A DNA stretch of 25,669 nucleotides from Pseudomonadota bacterium. GTDB lineage: Bacteria > Pseudomonadota > Gammaproteobacteria > Burkholderiales > Burkholderiaceae_F. Position 1 is the stretch's first letter. Each line of letters opens with the position of its first letter. The DNA lies in contig JAKANT010000001.1 in assembly GCA_021823635.1 (NCBI GenBank), forward strand, positions 1 through 25,669. The letters are read 5' to 3'. Position numbers and translations under genes: made by a program. Under the pieces are notes generated by a model. That model was given only the letters and a program-made list of their open reading frames with translations, made no database searches and was not told the DNA's origin. Shown in pieces: positions 24,801 to 25,669 of the stretch.

Positions 24801-25669
24801 TCGCCCGCGCGCGTTCTCCGCCTGAGCCCGCCTGCGCCAGTTCCGTCAGCGCCAGCTGCAAGCCGCCCGGCACCGCAGCCGTCGCTTCGCCGGTATCGCC
24901 GGCCACACCGAAACGCTTGGCGTAGTAAAACGCCATCGCCGTTGCGATCAATGCATCGGAAATCGTCGGCGCCTTGTCGGCAAAGCCGTCGGCGATACGC
25001 CGCACGTCGTTGGTGAACCGCGTCAGCATGCCGGTGCTTGCCTCGCGCTGCATCAGCAGCGCGTGCAGGTCGTTATCACGCACGGCGGCCGGCCGGTCGA
25101 ACAGCCGCGCATCGCGCAGCAGACCGTACAGCCGCGGCAGCCGCCGCATCTGCGCGCCGAATTCGGGATTCGCCAGCATCGACCAGGCCAGCAGCATGGA
25201 GTGCAGTTGCCGGGGCGTCGAGCCGTTGGCGAGTGTCGCGCCCGAGTCCAGCACCGTCTCCAACGCCGGGTTCAGAATCGCCGTCGCACCCGTGCGCGTC
25301 GGCGCCAGGAACTCGCCGGTCACGTACACGTGCGCCACTTGCCGCTCGCGCGCGGCGAACAACGCGGGAAGCGAGCCGTCGTCGAGCGCCGCCAGATACT
25401 GCCGCCACGCGGCATCGTCGATGCCGGCGCCGGAGAAGGCCACGGCGTATAGACGAAGGAGCACTCTGTCGAAGGCCGAGGCTTCGAATGGCGCGGTGTC
25501 GAACACGGAGGCCGGCCGGTCGAAGTACACCGCCATCAAGGAAGCCAACCCGCCGCCCAGCGAATGGCCGGTGAACGAGATGCGCGAGCGATCGCCGCCG
25601 GCCGCACCGTTGAGCACCTGCCAGTAAAAGCGCGCCGCCTGCAGCACCTGCTGCGAGAACGCGCCCCTC
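18808..25669 (-). CDS. Large RTX (hemolysin-type Ca2+-binding) protein with an N-terminal lipase-like alpha/beta-hydrolase domain; 5'-truncated by the window
   Basis: It has dozens of GGxGxDxL nonapeptides and several 'FGxGI...D...RxGxDL...FADGT' hemolysin-related modules. GHSLGG is at 25552-25569. The frame stays open to the right edge (RGAFSQQVLQAARFY), so the track's start at 25647 is not the real start. Confidence 0.92.
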   Translation of the reverse strand, partial: RGAFSQQVLQAARFYWQVLNGAAGGDRSRISFTGHSLGGGLASLMAVYFDRPASVFDTAPFEASAFDRVLLRLYAVAFSGAGIDDAAWRQYLAALDDGSLPALFAARERQVAHVYVTGEFLAPTRTGATAILNPALETVLDSGATLANGSTPRQLHSMLLAWSMLANPEFGAQMRRLPRLYGLLRDARLFDRPAAVRDNDLHALLMQREASTGMLTRFTNDVRRIADGFADKAPTISDALIATAMAFYYAKRFGVAGDTGEATAAVPGGLQLALTELAQAGSGGERARAMLEDVVDLLSGNEGQYRAVQGKERLTISDDGGGLRFTDTQARNDLVIGLTGDDEIDGGGGDDTIVTSGGADRLSGGDGFDVLDAGAGDDILAGGAGGDRLLGGLGHDTYEFTGAFGHDTVIDADGAGAIRIDGQALPPGLRVSDNLWMSADRRYTFVFTASAADPTRGTLVIQQAGSDNRITVRDWLRGTLGVVLTDTPLPQTPPVATTRTIVGDRAPLDTDPSQPGVQYGYDELGNLLTTNTVEVRADILYDSAEPDFIDAGGGADSVRAIRGGDDTIDAGAGHDWVDAGPGNDVVNGGADWDVLFGNDGDDTVDGGEDEDRVNGMAGDDLLRGGSGSDLIGGGAGRDVIYAGAGDDVVVAGGDVQPSALESPPGAVLLARGQDWGVHVVRDANGRNVTYFFNWTETDGDADGDIAYGEAGNDLLLGGRGNDLLDGGADDDDLIGEEGSDTLAGGTGNDRLWGDGSRPYGSGDDWSVAPQEVGDDLLDGGDGDDYLVGDGGADTLLGGRGADTVVGVREGAGATATYNGSHHVGRGAGGGALAGGGAADLLYGNDGNDILLGDWVNAAIDGNVVRLDLTQEGDDLLDGGAGRDTLIGGGGHDVLQGGEGDDVLYGDLGGYVPAGGEPIPEGNDVLEGGAGNDTIFGEGGDDTLIGGAGEDYLEGGAGDDVYVYNAGDGADTIVDTEGDNEVVFGAGVDPSALRVSVSASAAGDNVVELAFGAGQSVRLGGGLSSATAVAFADGTRLTGAELLQRSTNAIDYQGRATNDRIVGTALADRLDGGGGDDVIVGQQGDDELLGQAGNDTLNGSDGDDVLDGGIGRDLLQGGAGSDTYRLGLGSGFDEIRDDGGTLQFGPEVRLSDLRVVRRGADLEVVWSNVDRATIRNYEFAADAWRVRLANGQEFAVGDLPSVSAAPPIANFAQAKEEFLRELRRQWLAQQIAMGLVPNADGTLGGTRTYRWDGVTVVDRITASFTENLVESDASRITAPATTTTTSRTATFSNVITTTTYVAVQTTVPVTIRLPASPGPRSAPDPTEGGRQQAITIGYTTSVSYVPRTVRVGREEYAVNSNTAVGVLTAGAAGNVIEVHRTAIVDAGAGDDVIDGRLSSTWPFSGALLFGNAGNDRIEGTPGDDWIAGGAGDDTLRGGRGADRYLRFAGDGRDLIVDEDWRDYGLLGPVEGWPHATVEQIRALLDAAPGEDDVLVLPGGVRPADLRLSWSTRTLRTAVQDTALRQDGMWRWERIDPITSALVAAYEVAVPVLTVRWSDTEAVDIVFPTRQMPRAWGIEYVEFADGTRLSRDELFALAPPFDRETIDADNELVGVTRGYGGDGDDRLVGTPGDDFLVGGSGDDVLEGAAGNDVLYGGKGADLLEGGDGNNVLGDLHDRWGSSQSGPDEFYGAGNTYRGGRGNDLIHGTWDADVYEFRLGDGRDTVVHVPRRLPPETYPDWLEIVGAGFRDYALGDLPPEIRARVESGYPWRDIPLKSLDTLRFAAGISSADVTVQRDGNDLLVEHRNGTDSVRFLAWFGPSSFGSFGFGEMYQPLGRIEFADGTVWSVAADGSVSVESAGNAQPSDGDDRLLGSDGADRIDALAGNDRIEAGAGDDVLQGNAGDDVLALGGGADAVILNRGEGADTVLAANAAGGGAGERNDTLLIGAASIGEIRLAREGDDLLVKIAGTSDSVRLAGWYAHPDNRTFVSLIVDGNPFAAASAPGTATAPVYDFARIVQGFDRAYAANPALGDWAIERRYLMPPPEQPPTPIEPLNAAATLAADAATIAAQSASEPVSTSERVRLLRPPARWVAEVVGAGDTGVKVPLEARVLGAEEPGLQTSIAVCVPEGSRPPVAGAPHRSTGGMAEDAAMDDAFARVTIPRRPTVRPVTAAMVEAALTKLDRGSGSESSLRADAGELRVIAREYGQMPFAATDLAPAASDARIRETWRRIEAYLRAQRDEGMAPVLGGEDEGALRPLARGDWSAAVLAADRPHRLPRAGHYALAA

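Noticed and set aside
1-25669. tRNA, rRNA or a known riboswitch
   Set aside because: I saw no cloverleaf with T-loop/D-loop consensus, no rRNA signatures and no recognisable riboswitch core by eye. An Infernal or tRNAscan run would be decisive.

Overview
High-GC (about 70% by eye) bacterial chromosomal window with a Betaproteobacteria-like gene set; the taxonomy is inference. From left to right it holds: (1) the 5' part of a secreted protein of unknown function (minus strand, runs off the left edge); (2) a divergent acyl-compound uptake and catabolism module, with a minus-strand operon of LivH/LivM/LivG/LivF-type ABC components, an acyl-CoA synthetase and a substrate-binding protein, facing a plus-strand operon of TetR, a split AtuA (DUF1446) pair and a crotonase, with readable back-to-back sigma70 promoters and a candidate operator; (3) an RHH antitoxin plus RelE/ParE toxin pair with a perfect 18-bp palindrome over its promoter; (4) a YtfF-like DMT transporter divergent from a phenylacetate-CoA ligase-family gene; (5) a 141-bp MITE-like element inserted at a TGA stop codon; (6) a membrane Ser/Thr kinase with an unusual C-terminal Cys-Cys domain; (7) a nitronate monooxygenase-family gene and a D-amino acid dehydrogenase-family gene; and (8) a >2,280-aa RTX protein with an N-terminal GHSLGG lipase-like domain, running off the right edge. 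I saw no rRNA, tRNA, CRISPR array or transposase. Several start codons were corrected from the ORF track using ATGA/GTGA overlaps and RBS evidence. No database searches were run, so family assignments come from motif recognition.
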